Below are positions 46,864 to 56,628 of a stretch of 64,000 nt of DNA, one piece after another. The notes beneath the pieces are model-generated. The model saw nothing but the letters and a program-made list of their open reading frames with translations. It was not told where the DNA came from and ran no database searches. Numbering within the stretch: position 1 is the first letter of the stretch; each line of letters begins with the position of its first letter. The position numbers and the translations under genes were made by a program. This DNA is from Candidatus Aenigmatarchaeota archaeon (GTDB lineage: Archaea > Aenigmatarchaeota > Aenigmatarchaeia > JACPZZ01). The stretch spans positions 21,581 to 85,580 of the forward strand of contig JACPZZ010000017.1 in NCBI GenBank assembly GCA_016195275.1. Direction: 5' to 3'.

Positions 46864-48534
46864 CTATTCGTCCTCATGCCAGAACTCCAGATCCGGAATA
46901 TGCGAAAGCTCTGCTTCCGTCAGTAGTACTGTAAATAGCGGTCGTCCCCGATATTCTGGAGGTAATTTTCGGGTGAGTTGACCCGATGTAGGCGCCACGG
47001 CTATAACCGACTCTCCACTGATGGCCACATATTGTCTAGGGTAAGTCTTCAATAACCGATCTTTGTCCCTGAGATAAAATCGCCATCCGGTGAGAAAATC
47101 CATCCCACCTTTGTCCTCGGCCAACGAGCGGAGTGCTTCGCGCGGCAACTCTGGAACTCCGTATTCTGTGACTAGCTCTCTATATAATTTCCACCATTCT
47201 GCGGCTCCCACTATGCCACCCTCTTGATCTATATTATGGGATCGCGGACTGATAAATCTATCTGGTATCTCTTTCCCAAACATCGCCTCGTGCTGGTAGG
47301 GAAACGCCATGTATAACCCAGAATCGGGTAATTTGCACGTTGCAAGGAACTGGGTTACGTTAGGCAACACTTCCTGCACCAGTGATGAGACGAGGCCCAG
47401 GTACTCCGGTGATGAGCCTAACCCCTTCCCCTCTACTAGCAGATAAATTACTTTGAGAGTGTTCAACCCGAAGCGTTCTGAGCACACACTCGGCAGTGAG
47501 TCAACTGTGGAGAAATTAGTTACGGCCCCGTCAGAGAGACATGAGTGTAAGAATCTCAGTGGTCCTGCTGAGTCGAGCCACGCGAGATCATCGCCATTTG
47601 GCTTAATTGCCTCCATGCTAAGTAGCGCACGCACTAGCTGAAGAGCATATCTAGTGTGTAACAAATCCGGGATCTGGTCGTCTTTACGGTTCCTCCTGAA
47701 TCCCCCGCTGTTCTTGTCCCAGCAGTATTGGAGTAATCTCGCCACCTTGGGACCCTTAGCCCGCAACTGCGCTAGCAGGTTCCGGTACGAAGGGTTATCT
47801 TTACCCAGCAACTCTCCCAAAATAATGCAGACTCTATACGCCTGTTCAGTCACGGATAGGCAAGGCTCCTCTGCGCCAGTGTCCCGGAACCCGAATGTCA
47901 CCGAATCTTCATAAGTGAAATCCTGGCGGAGCAATGTATCTGCTACGGTCTCTAATGGGAATTCGATATTAGGGAGCACACTAAAGTGCTCACGGGCTTG
48001 ATTGTATGTGCGGATGGCCGAGACACTAGAAAATATGCCGAAAACACCTGGGTTCCGCCACTCCGACAGACTATAAGCCTTCTCGGGTTCGATATATGCC
48101 TTCCGGACAAACTGCCCACACGCAGCCAGGATGGAATGAAAGTCTGAACTCACTATTTGAGGCCGCTGTGCAGAGTTTACGAACAGAAGGCGCAGACCAA
48201 GGTCAATTGCCTGTACAGAAGGGGTATCCCCCTCGTACATCCGAAAAACTTTTCGGTCGGGGTCTATGAATTCTCTGCTTATGCAGCCGGTGTTTTGGGG
48301 AACCGACGGTCCTTCTTCGATTGGCTGGTTGTAGAAGAACCTATCCTCACTTCTTGACCCTTGAAGGAGCTGTGCCAGTTCTTGGGCGTAGTTTTGGGTG
48401 GTTCTAGCGAAGTATAGAGCGTCCAGAGCGGGCGCTACCGCCCACACATAGTAAAGCTCAGCAATCTCCTTGGATGGGGCAGTTGCTCTCCAATACCGTA
48501 TGGTCTCATTGAGGAGTTCTTGATAGAAAGTCAC
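46864..48534 (-). CDS. Prenyltransferase/squalene-cyclase-like alpha/alpha barrel fused to a C-terminal DUF5678-like domain
   Basis: Repeats such as CWDKNSGGFRR...PDLLHTRYAL and FGFRD...PCLSVTEQA; C-terminal RLLKTYPRQYVAISGESVIA. Confidence 0.6.
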   Translation of the reverse strand: MTFYQELLNETIRYWRATAPSKEIAELYYVWAVAPALDALYFARTTQNYAQELAQLLQGSRSEDRFFYNQPIEEGPSVPQNTGCISREFIDPDRKVFRMYEGDTPSVQAIDLGLRLLFVNSAQRPQIVSSDFHSILAACGQFVRKAYIEPEKAYSLSEWRNPGVFGIFSSVSAIRTYNQAREHFSVLPNIEFPLETVADTLLRQDFTYEDSVTFGFRDTGAEEPCLSVTEQAYRVCIILGELLGKDNPSYRNLLAQLRAKGPKVARLLQYCWDKNSGGFRRNRKDDQIPDLLHTRYALQLVRALLSMEAIKPNGDDLAWLDSAGPLRFLHSCLSDGAVTNFSTVDSLPSVCSERFGLNTLKVIYLLVEGKGLGSSPEYLGLVSSLVQEVLPNVTQFLATCKLPDSGLYMAFPYQHEAMFGKEIPDRFISPRSHNIDQEGGIVGAAEWWKLYRELVTEYGVPELPREALRSLAEDKGGMDFLTGWRFYLRDKDRLLKTYPRQYVAISGESVIAVAPTSGQLTRKLPPEYRGRPLFTVLLTEAELSHIPDLEFWHEDE

Positions 48535-49109
48535 GCGTTACACTCCGATGGCTTAGAGTCCTCCCTCGCCCACGCCGCGGTCTATGGACCGCCCTTTAGA
48601 GTAAAGACTAGGCGACCCACAGTCCGGTGAACGAACACAACCTTGAGACAGTAACGTTCGGTGTGGAAAACACCACCACCCTTAACTGATACGCTCAACT
48701 GTCTGCCTCCCGTTGTTCTTCCCAGAGTACCCTAATAAACGAGGGAGAAGCCCTTCTCATGCGGTACATTGCTCTCCCAAAACTATCGCGTCTGGTAGGT
48801 CACTATGGCAACTCACTAAAGTTGCTCCAACAGAAATATCTGGAGCGGATTGGCACTGTCACGATCCTGGCCTGACCGTCACCTCTGTAAAACACGCCAG
48901 GGCCGGAACCTTGCGTCGTGTGACACCTCAGCGCCAGCCCGCGTTCGCCCCCAAGCCCACTATTGTCGTCCAAGTACCCCACCTTAGTATAGTCGACCAG
49001 TATTTCCGTGTCAATACTTTGAATCTCCCCTAATGATACATTGGTGCAATTCTCACGGAACACCAGATGCAACCCCGAGGCAACAATAGTGTTCTAACCT
49101 GCTGGATCA

Positions 49110-50372
49110 TCAACTTGCAAATGCCACAGTGAACATGTCGGATTGGAAACTACGACTTCCAACCCACGCTCGAATGCACACTTTTTGCTCCCCTATGGCA
49201 AGTCTTTTCGGTATCTGGAAGTAAACCGTGTGAGTCTCAACGTCGCTTATCACATAAGTAGGCAAGGCCAATGTGTCCAGCCAGTTTCCCCTAATGAAGA
49301 CCTGTACCCTTTGCAGTTGCGATGGCTGCGATACCCTAAAGGTCACTACCACCGCCAAGTTTATGTCATGGGTGGTCTCACTAAGACCGCCAATGGCTGG
49401 GTTCCCGCCCGAAAGCAGCATATATCTTTGAACTTCGACCTCCAGAGAGCCTTGTTCCCGGTCCGCCAATTCTTCATTGGGCGGCCGAAGAATTTGTCGT
49501 GTTACCCTGCCTCCAGGCAACACTCTAACCTTGTCACCAGTGTCTTCCTGCATTCCATCGGGGAACTTACCTCGCAATGTTAGCTTCGTAAGAAACACCC
49601 GGACGAAAGTCGCTGCTACACCCGCCGCGTAGTGTCTCCATAGAGCCCTCTGTTCAGACGCGCCCAAGCCTGCTCCGTCAGACGTCAAACCGGGCACGTC
49701 AGAAATACCACGTATCATCAGGGCTCCGATCGACTGCTTTGACTGAGTAAGACGTATCGCTGAACCTACGCCAGTACCCTCCATCTCGATCGCGTCGGCT
49801 TCAGGAATCCCCTTCCTCAGATCCTGAACAAGGGGATAGTTAAGGTCGTCGACAGTTGCGTTGATGGAAACTACATATCCACTGTCTACTTTGGGAGTTC
49901 GCTTTTCTTCCGGCTTCGGCCAAGCTATCCCCACGTTATCCACCCATTCCGGACTCATTTTAGCTATGAGCTCCGCGTGTTCTAGCAGAGTTCTGTCAGG
50001 CCTCCAATCTTGGTCAGGCCTTCTCTTGAAGCTCCCGCCAATTATTTTCCCGACCACGCCATACACATTGCTGGCGATTATAACGTCCCCATGACGAAAT
50101 TTACCATCTGGAAAGCCTCCAGCGATACCGACGATGAGCACCCACCTGGGTTCAAACGTTGTGATAACCTGTTGCAATGACGACGCGGCGTTCTCCTGAT
50201 ATTTACCCACCTGCACACAGACTACCTGGAACTTCCCAATTTGGCCTCGCTTGGCGGGGAGGAGTTGATCTATAGGATCGAATGAATGGCCTAGTTGGCT
50301 AGCCATCGCAGCCCATTCCTCAGGCAAAGGGCACGCGAGCAAGAAGTCCACTGAGCTATGATCACTGCTCAT
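49110..50372 (-). CDS. Purine nucleoside phosphorylase / MTA-SAH nucleosidase domain protein with unknown C-terminal domain
   Basis: CPLPEE, VGIAGG, GDVIIA, IEMEG, IRGISD; AGGAGGTG SD. Confidence 0.85.
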   Translation of the reverse strand: MSSDHSSVDFLLACPLPEEWAAMASQLGHSFDPIDQLLPAKRGQIGKFQVVCVQVGKYQENAASSLQQVITTFEPRWVLIVGIAGGFPDGKFRHGDVIIASNVYGVVGKIIGGSFKRRPDQDWRPDRTLLEHAELIAKMSPEWVDNVGIAWPKPEEKRTPKVDSGYVVSINATVDDLNYPLVQDLRKGIPEADAIEMEGTGVGSAIRLTQSKQSIGALMIRGISDVPGLTSDGAGLGASEQRALWRHYAAGVAATFVRVFLTKLTLRGKFPDGMQEDTGDKVRVLPGGRVTRQILRPPNEELADREQGSLEVEVQRYMLLSGGNPAIGGLSETTHDINLAVVVTFRVSQPSQLQRVQVFIRGNWLDTLALPTYVISDVETHTVYFQIPKRLAIGEQKVCIRAWVGSRSFQSDMFTVAFAS

Positions 50373-50701
50373 AGGGACACCTCCTAATGTTCGCTACGCT
50401 ACTGGTGGCCCAATCCTACATGTGGCCTGGCTCCGAGTCAAGAATCCTGGCCTGGAGTGCGTCTCACCATTCGATGACAAAATACCCAACTGGAGCGGCG
50501 TCAGTAGTTACCTCGTGCCCAACTGCATTCACCCTGATGGCGATCTCAGCGGCAAACCGAGAGCCCGATGCAGTTGTGGCTGACCGCACGTGGGGCTAGT
50601 TAGAAAGTCCCCTTCGTCTTCGGATCAGCCATATCTTCCTCTGCCGCATGAAATAGTCGATTGCGGCAATTATACTCTCTCTGGCCTGCGGCTTCATCAC
50701 C

Positions 50702-50920
50702 TCAACCACTACAACCCCCTGCCTCTGCCCAGCCGCAACGCACAAACTGCACGATCCCGCAATGCTCCAACAGCGTCGCATCGTGCGCACTGCTGTAAAC
50801 GAGTCGTATTCCGGCGGCACCGCAGAAACCGCACCACACCCGACCGTCTCCGGTCCTCTTGCACCTCGGCAATACCTGAACCATCGCCCGGCCGTTGATC
50901 GTGACCACGCTGTCGCTCAT
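50702..50920 (-). CDS. Small Cys-containing protein (copy 2)
   Basis: Paralog of 36341-36577. Confidence 0.6.
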   Translation of the reverse strand: MSDSVVTINGRAMVQVLPRCKRTGDGRVWCGFCGAAGIRLVYSSAHDATLLEHCGIVQFVRCGWAEAGGCSG

Positions 50921-51282
50921 ACGTTGCAGCCACCGCAGGACACACACGTCGTCGGGATCGCTTCTCTTGTGCCGCTTATCTTGGGACACCTGCAATGTTC
51001 GCAGTCGCACAGTTCGTCGGCCGGGCGGCGTCTCCCCGACCATACGAGCGCCCGCTTTGGTATCTCCCAAATCCGACCGCCAAGAGACTTTAGCTCGGAC
51101 TCACGGAAGTAACCCCACTTCTCCTCGAAGCCCTGCACGAACCCGAAGTACAAGACATCGGCGTCTGTCTTCTCAGTGATCTCGGTTGCAAACCAGTACC
51201 AGCCGCCGAAGCTCTCGAAGCCTTTGATGACCTCCTCGCCGTCGATGTACAGCTTTCCATCTTTGTCCTCAAACTTTGGCAT
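50917..51282 (-). CDS. DUF2958-like protein with zinc ribbon (copy 2)
   Basis: Paralog of 36574-36939; AAGGAG SD. Confidence 0.7.
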   Translation of the reverse strand: MPKFEDKDGKLYIDGEEVIKGFESFGGWYWFATEITEKTDADVLYFGFVQGFEEKWGYFRESELKSLGGRIWEIPKRALVWSGRRRPADELCDCEHCRCPKISGTREAIPTTCVSCGGCNV

Positions 51283-51505
51283 TCCTAACACGCTCCTTAG
51301 GCGACCTTCTTCGAGGCCACCTCTACTTGCGTGCTTACTTCTTGATCGTTGCCCCCTGCGGGGGCCAGGGGCGGAGTGGGGGTATTGGCCTTGATGGTGT
51401 GAACGCACAATATGCCTAGCTCGACGAAGGAGAGCGGCTTATGTGCGTTCAGCACGACGCATGGAAAGGCGACATGGGAAACAGCAGGTTTCCGGTAGCT
51501 CCAAG

Positions 51506-52852
51506 CTATTCAGTTGTCCGACCGCAGGTCGACACTTCGACATCGCTTCTCTTCTCACTGATCCTTTTGGCCGCCATCTGCACGTATTCCGGCTTGAGGT
51601 CCACGCCCCCGAAGTTACGGCCAAGCGCGGCTGCCACAACACCGACTGTTCCAGACCCCATGAACGGGTCGAGCACCAGCGCGGGCGCAATTTCCGAACC
51701 TGAGCATTGGCAGGTAGCCTGCCATCCCAGGGTGCGCGTCGTCCTGAGTCTTCTCACTTCATAAGGCCGGGCAGCACCCCCCAGAAGCGGCACGCCTTTT
51801 CGAGTCATGTTGTTGTTCCCCCGGCCAGCGTCCACATAAGAGACGGAAACTTTTCGGCGCCGGGGAGCGCCACATGAAGAACAGCATCCTGCCTCGCTGC
51901 TGCCAGTCAGGATGCACCGCCTTGCCAGCGCCTCCGGAAACGTTGCGAAATGCGCACCAGGAAAGGGCTGTGTCGGAATGGTCCACACGCTACGAATGTT
52001 CCTGCCCCGACCGTCGTCCGACCACGGTACGCAGCTCGCGATGTGGCGGTTCGTTCTCGACCGCTCCCCAAGTTTGGCAACGAAGCGCCGAACATTCCCG
52101 CTGCTTTTGTCCTTCTCTACGACAGGCTCCCTGGCAGCCTCCTGGTCGAACAGATAGGTCGCGCTTTTGGTCAGCAAGAAAACGTACTCGTGCGCCTTGG
52201 TGGGTCTGTCGCGCACGCTCTCCGGCATGGGATTCGGTTTTGCCCAAATGACATCGGATCGAAGCCACCACCTGTCCGCCTGCAAAGCGAACGCAACACG
52301 CCAGGGCATACCCACAAGGTCCTTCGGCTTGAGGCCGGAACCTTTGCGGTTGTACGGCCTGAGATAGGTATCGCCTTTCTTCCCGTCCCTGAAGTCGCCG
52401 CCAGGAGAACCGCTGCCCGCGTAGCAGTCACCCAGGTTCAGCCAGAACGTCCCGTCGCTTCTGAGAACCCGCCAGACTTCCCTGGCCACCTCGGTGATGT
52501 GCTGGACGTACATCTCCGGTGTATGCTCCAACCCAAGCGATCCTCGCCACGCAGTGCAGAGCGAGCAGAAAGCACTGGGTTGTGGCGCACACGCGGTAGC
52601 ATGGACCTTGCCAGGATCAAATCGGCCTCCACTGTACCAACCGTTCGTATTTCCTCCGCTTCCTAACTTCGTGGACGGAGGCTTACCATTGCCCCATTGA
52701 TGAACGCATCCGGCATCGCCTCCCCAAACGCTCGGCGGCAGACCGTAATCGCGCAACCCCCAATACGGCGGGCTGGTTACCACGCAATGGACGCTTCCAT
52801 CTTTGAGAGGGAGGTGACGAGCGTCACCGACATATAGTTGGCTCCGGAGCAA
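51506..52852 (-). CDS. Orphan N4-cytosine/N6-adenine DNA methyltransferase (beta class)
   Basis: VTSPPYW, WAKPNPMPES, HFATFP, LDPFMGSGT. Confidence 0.93.
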   Translation of the reverse strand: MLRSQLYVGDARHLPLKDGSVHCVVTSPPYWGLRDYGLPPSVWGGDAGCVHQWGNGKPPSTKLGSGGNTNGWYSGGRFDPGKVHATACAPQPSAFCSLCTAWRGSLGLEHTPEMYVQHITEVAREVWRVLRSDGTFWLNLGDCYAGSGSPGGDFRDGKKGDTYLRPYNRKGSGLKPKDLVGMPWRVAFALQADRWWLRSDVIWAKPNPMPESVRDRPTKAHEYVFLLTKSATYLFDQEAAREPVVEKDKSSGNVRRFVAKLGERSRTNRHIASCVPWSDDGRGRNIRSVWTIPTQPFPGAHFATFPEALARRCILTGSSEAGCCSSCGAPRRRKVSVSYVDAGRGNNNMTRKGVPLLGGAARPYEVRRLRTTRTLGWQATCQCSGSEIAPALVLDPFMGSGTVGVVAAALGRNFGGVDLKPEYVQMAAKRISEKRSDVEVSTCGRTTE

Positions 52853-52898
52853 GGCAATCCCTTAGAGAATCGGCCTGACAGCAGAAAGCCCTTGCGGG

Positions 52899-52937
52899 GA
52901 GGGAAAGCCGAGCACAGAAACTGTGGGTGTCGGCACC
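52899..52937. repeat. Dispersed hairpin repeat, copy D
   Basis: gagggaaagccgagcacagaaactgtgggtgtcggcacc; first 17 nt identical to copy B. Confidence 0.75.
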
Positions 52938-52975
52938 TACTCAATAGCGTTCATCAGGCCAACATTGTACAATCG

Positions 52976-53335
52976 ATGACGATGACAATTGCTAAGCAAG
53001 CAACGTGCGGCCCGGTCGAAAGAGACGCCCTCATCGAGTATCTAATGGCTACGCCGGTTCGATGGGCGGCTGATCTCATACGGGGTGGCGCTCAACTATC
53101 AAAGGGAGAAGTCAACTCTCGCGAGTTCCTTGGATCGCTTGAAACTATCTTTGAGAACCTGGGCGGGCGTCACCCCCGAGGCGTGGACGGCAGAAAGCGA
53201 TTTCTGGTTCGAGAGGTCCTTCCTGCCCTCCAGGACCCCCAATGCACGGACAAGGCTTCGTTGGAAAGGCTCTTGCTCTACATGAAGCTCGACGCCGCGA
53301 ATACCCTGGAGATCAAGATAACTATCGTCCAGTAA
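52976..53335 (+). CDS. Hypothetical protein
   Basis: Downstream part of ORF 52838-53335; start uncertain. Confidence 0.45.
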   Translation: MTMTIAKQATCGPVERDALIEYLMATPVRWAADLIRGGAQLSKGEVNSREFLGSLETIFENLGGRHPRGVDGRKRFLVREVLPALQDPQCTDKASLERLLLYMKLDAANTLEIKITIVQ

Positions 53336-53459
53336 GGCGGTGAACTCATGATTGTAGACGGGAACAAGCGGGCCGCTGCTTGCTACGAAAGACGCCGGAC
53401 CGCCTCCTTCGGCAGGATCCCAGTGTATGTCATCTCTTTGTGACATAGGGGAGCGTCAA

Positions 53460-53577
53460 GTGGCTAAGGTCCTCCAGTACGGTTCGAACTGTGATGAACG
53501 GCGCGCCTTAACTCTCCTGACCGGCTAGACGGTGCTGCGACGCCCATTGGAAAGGCGCAGACCGTCGACCAATAACT
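53460..53577 (+). pseudogene. Gamma-glutamylcyclotransferase-like N-terminal fragment
   Basis: MAKVLQYGSNCDERR, then frameshift to LNSPDRLDGAATPIGKAQT and a stop. Confidence 0.4.
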
Positions 53578-53718
53578 ACATCGCGTGGGGCAAGTCGGTA
53601 ACTTGAAGCATCTGAGCTTGTGCCACAGCAGATTTCGAGTTCCAGTCAGCTAAAAAGTGCTGAATTGTGTATTTCAATCTATGGTTCCTATTCGGTCCTT
53701 AGAACTCTGTGAAGGAGA

Positions 53719-54714
53719 ATGCTTATGGACGCAGCAAGTGCTCTCAAACTCTTTAATGAGAAGGCAAAGAAGTTAGAAGGCCTCAGCTTCACAAAAATGC
53801 TGGCTGAACAGAAAACAGGCGTCACGCTCTCAGGGAAACAAGGGCATCCTTTAACCATAGAGCGCTCCGGCCCCGGCGATGAAGCCATAGATGCTTTCGT
53901 ACTTACACTGAGATTCTTCGTCCAGGACAACGAAAGTATATCACTGAGGAATTTCGCACATCTTTACGCGGGTCTACCTGTTGATCAGGAACTGATTGAC
54001 AACTTCAACGCTGCCAGGGACGCCTTGAACAGCTTTCTCGACAACAAGCCGCTCGTCGTTGTCCTTGATGAGATCGACAAGGCCCAGCCCAAGGACCAGA
54101 GCTCCATCCTCTACACGCTTTCGGAGCTTGAGAACGCAGGAGTCGTTTGCATTTCCAACAGCCGCGCGACCCTTCTGTCTCTTGATGACAGGGTGAAGTC
54201 GCGGCTGAACTCAGTCTTCATCGGCTTCGACCCGTACAACAATGATGAACTTCGACGCATCCTCGAGGCCAGGGCAGGGCACGCGCTCTTTCCTGGCTGT
54301 TTTGTGCCGGAGATTCTTGACCGGATTGCCGGACTTTCTGGTGGCGATGCCCGTGTCGCAATTCAAACGCTGAGACAGGCCGCGCAGCTAGCCGAGGTCC
54401 AGGGCACCCGCACCATCGCTGCTGACCACATCGAGCACGGCGTTGTCACCGTGCGCACCCTGCGGACCCAGTATGCCCTGAACAAGCTGACTGAGCATCA
54501 CCGCATACTGTTCACTATCGTCTCCTCTGCCCGTGAGATCACGAACATCGCGCTGTGGGTAGCCTACATCGAGAAATGCAAGGAGACGAGCAAGACTCCG
54601 ATTGCTGATCGCACGTTTCGGGCCTATCTGAATACCCTGGTCTCGCAGGGCCTCGTGTTGAGGGAGCGCTTGGCCGAGCCTGGCGCTCTGTTCCGTTTCC
54701 GGCCGTGCGCGTGA
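53719..54714 (+). CDS. Chimeric protein: unrelated N-terminal helical domain fused to the C-terminal two-thirds of Cdc6/Orc1 (no Walker A)
   Basis: From NKPLVVVLDEIDK onward it aligns with 43969-45015 (FDPY, GDARVAIQTL, LTEHHR, RTF.AY). Confidence 0.8.
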   Translation: MLMDAASALKLFNEKAKKLEGLSFTKMLAEQKTGVTLSGKQGHPLTIERSGPGDEAIDAFVLTLRFFVQDNESISLRNFAHLYAGLPVDQELIDNFNAARDALNSFLDNKPLVVVLDEIDKAQPKDQSSILYTLSELENAGVVCISNSRATLLSLDDRVKSRLNSVFIGFDPYNNDELRRILEARAGHALFPGCFVPEILDRIAGLSGGDARVAIQTLRQAAQLAEVQGTRTIAADHIEHGVVTVRTLRTQYALNKLTEHHRILFTIVSSAREITNIALWVAYIEKCKETSKTPIADRTFRAYLNTLVSQGLVLRERLAEPGALFRFRPCA

Positions 54715-55016
54715 GTCGGCAAGGTCGCTTGCCAGCGGTTATTAGCCAGCGCGGGCGAATCTCTGCCGTGACAAAAGAATCGTCTCGTTCCGATGATGCG
54801 TCGATCAACTCGCTGGCATTGAGCATCCTCGCTCGGCTGGCAGCTAGGCTACCCTGCCAAGGGTGCGTACCCTTCCCGGTGGTGTTCAGCAGGATATGCC
54901 CTGAGCTTTGTATCAAGAAGTCCGAGGCCTGGGCTGTACTGAAGAGCCTCAGGGCTTCAGGCTCGATAGAAATCGTTCCGTTCCACGGGATCCGCATCAA
55001 AGGTGATCGGGGTTGA
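54705..55016 (+). CDS. Small wHTH-like hypothetical protein
   Basis: VPFPVVFSRIC...KSEAWAVLKSL...G.IEIVPFHGIRI. Confidence 0.55.
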   Translation: MRVSRQGRLPAVISQRGRISAVTKESSRSDDASINSLALSILARLAARLPCQGCVPFPVVFSRICPELCIKKSEAWAVLKSLRASGSIEIVPFHGIRIKGDRG

Positions 55017-55294
55017 GGAAAGAGGACCTCGTTAATGAACTGAACGATCTGTTGGAAATGGAACACCCGATCAGCGTGTGGCAGTGTTTGCAGATCAGGA
55101 AATACGAACTCGAGGAGATTGTTTCAAAGGTGAGGCTCCTCCATGACTCCTCGCGCGGGTATTCAAGGAGCGCCGGCATTGACACTCCTGTGGATGACCA
55201 AGCGTATCGGCAGCCCCGTGCCTTAACGCAAGTCCAATACAACGCGGCTCCGACGCCGTACAGGCGTAGACCCAAAGGTGGGGACGGCCTATGA
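55013..55294 (+). CDS. Hypothetical protein
   Basis: GGTGA SD; overlaps the upstream stop. Confidence 0.45.
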   Translation: MRKEDLVNELNDLLEMEHPISVWQCLQIRKYELEEIVSKVRLLHDSSRGYSRSAGIDTPVDDQAYRQPRALTQVQYNAAPTPYRRRPKGGDGL

Positions 55295-55382
55295 ACGATG
55301 TCGGCGTGAAGAAATTCTCCACGATGAAAGAGCTTCTCGAATACATTGAAACGGAAGCGAAGAGGCGCGCTGCACAGCAAGC

Positions 55383-56582
55383 TTAAGCCTTCAACAGTTT
55401 CGTCTTCAGAATCTCTTCTACGCGCACCTCTATCATCTTGTCGATCATTTCGGGTGTCAGGAGTTTTAGCACCTGCTGCTCTCTGTCCTCCAACTCAAAC
55501 AGACCCTTCACCGAGATCGCTCTGCTGCACTGGACACAAAAATCCGCACTTAGCGAGTTTTCAGTTTTGCAGAACGTGCAAACCGTAGTGCTAACGACCC
55601 CGAGGGCACGCTTCTCTCGCTGTTCGATTGAGTGCTGTTTCAATACATACTCCTCAACTTGCTTCTCTGCCAGGTGTTCATAGAATCTGAATGCCTTGCT
55701 TTCTACCGAGTGCCCTACGAGTTTCTTTATCATTATCTCGTTCCATCCAGCTTCGAGCAGATGTGTGATCCTGCTGTGCCGTAGAAGATAGGAGTACACT
55801 CGCTTCTCCATACCTAACTTTTTGGCCGTCCTCTTGAGAGTGACGTTGAATCCCTCCGGTTGTAGAAACTGCTTGGTTAGGTAGCTCACATAGCTTGACG
55901 GAAAGAGAGGCGCATTCTGATCGCGCCTCAATGGGTGGACGTTGAGCCAAGCCCTCAAATAGCGATCAGAGTCCATTGCGAAGATCGTCCTCGTGAAAGT
56001 CTTGCTCTCCCGCAAGAAAATCCTTGTGTACCCTTCTGTGGATTTGAGACTTCCAACAGTAAGGGTGAGCAACTCCGATGGTCTTGCTGCGGTTTCATAC
56101 GCAAGCGCAAAAAGACATTTGTACATCGGACTGTGGACCGCGTTAACAAGTTGTTCCACTTCATCCTTGGTTAGCAGGTCGTTGTAGGTGATATCGAATT
56201 TCCTCGGCCCGTTTCTTTTCGTCTTGATCCAACGATATTTCTCAGGATTGAAGCTGTCACCCAGAACAAATTTCAGGAGTCGCTTCACCGCAATCTTGTA
56301 GTCATTCATTGTCCATGCCGCAAGACCTCGCGCGGTGATTTGCGCGAGTGCCGCCTCAATATCTCGGTTGTCGAGGTCGGCGTAGTCTTTCTTCATGGCA
56401 ATGGTGAGGTCGCGTAGGAGGATCAGATACTTCTTGATGCGGCCAAGAGAGATGCCTTCGGCGCGGAGCCTCTGTGCAAAGGCTGCCAGGGTCTCTGCGT
56501 TGTTGGGCGAGATTTCCGGCATGACGCGAATCTGGCACAGCACACGCTCGTAATCCTTGTTGCTCCTATAGAACGAATCCAT
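55383..56582 (-). CDS. Tyrosine integrase with C-terminal zinc ribbon
   Basis: ARPSE, SKT, LLRHSR, LVGH, FYEH; CTFC..CVQC; adjacent to the att/tRNA. Confidence 0.94.
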   Translation of the reverse strand: MDSFYRSNKDYERVLCQIRVMPEISPNNAETLAAFAQRLRAEGISLGRIKKYLILLRDLTIAMKKDYADLDNRDIEAALAQITARGLAAWTMNDYKIAVKRLLKFVLGDSFNPEKYRWIKTKRNGPRKFDITYNDLLTKDEVEQLVNAVHSPMYKCLFALAYETAARPSELLTLTVGSLKSTEGYTRIFLRESKTFTRTIFAMDSDRYLRAWLNVHPLRRDQNAPLFPSSYVSYLTKQFLQPEGFNVTLKRTAKKLGMEKRVYSYLLRHSRITHLLEAGWNEIMIKKLVGHSVESKAFRFYEHLAEKQVEEYVLKQHSIEQREKRALGVVSTTVCTFCKTENSLSADFCVQCSRAISVKGLFELEDREQQVLKLLTPEMIDKMIEVRVEEILKTKLLKA

Positions 56583-56628
56583 GCAATTACATGGGTCAGT
56601 CTGCTAATAAAAGATATACACTTGTTCA

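Noticed and set aside
15770-56600. Provirus interpretation
   Set aside because: No capsid, portal, terminase or tail genes recognised; cannot be fully excluded without profile searches
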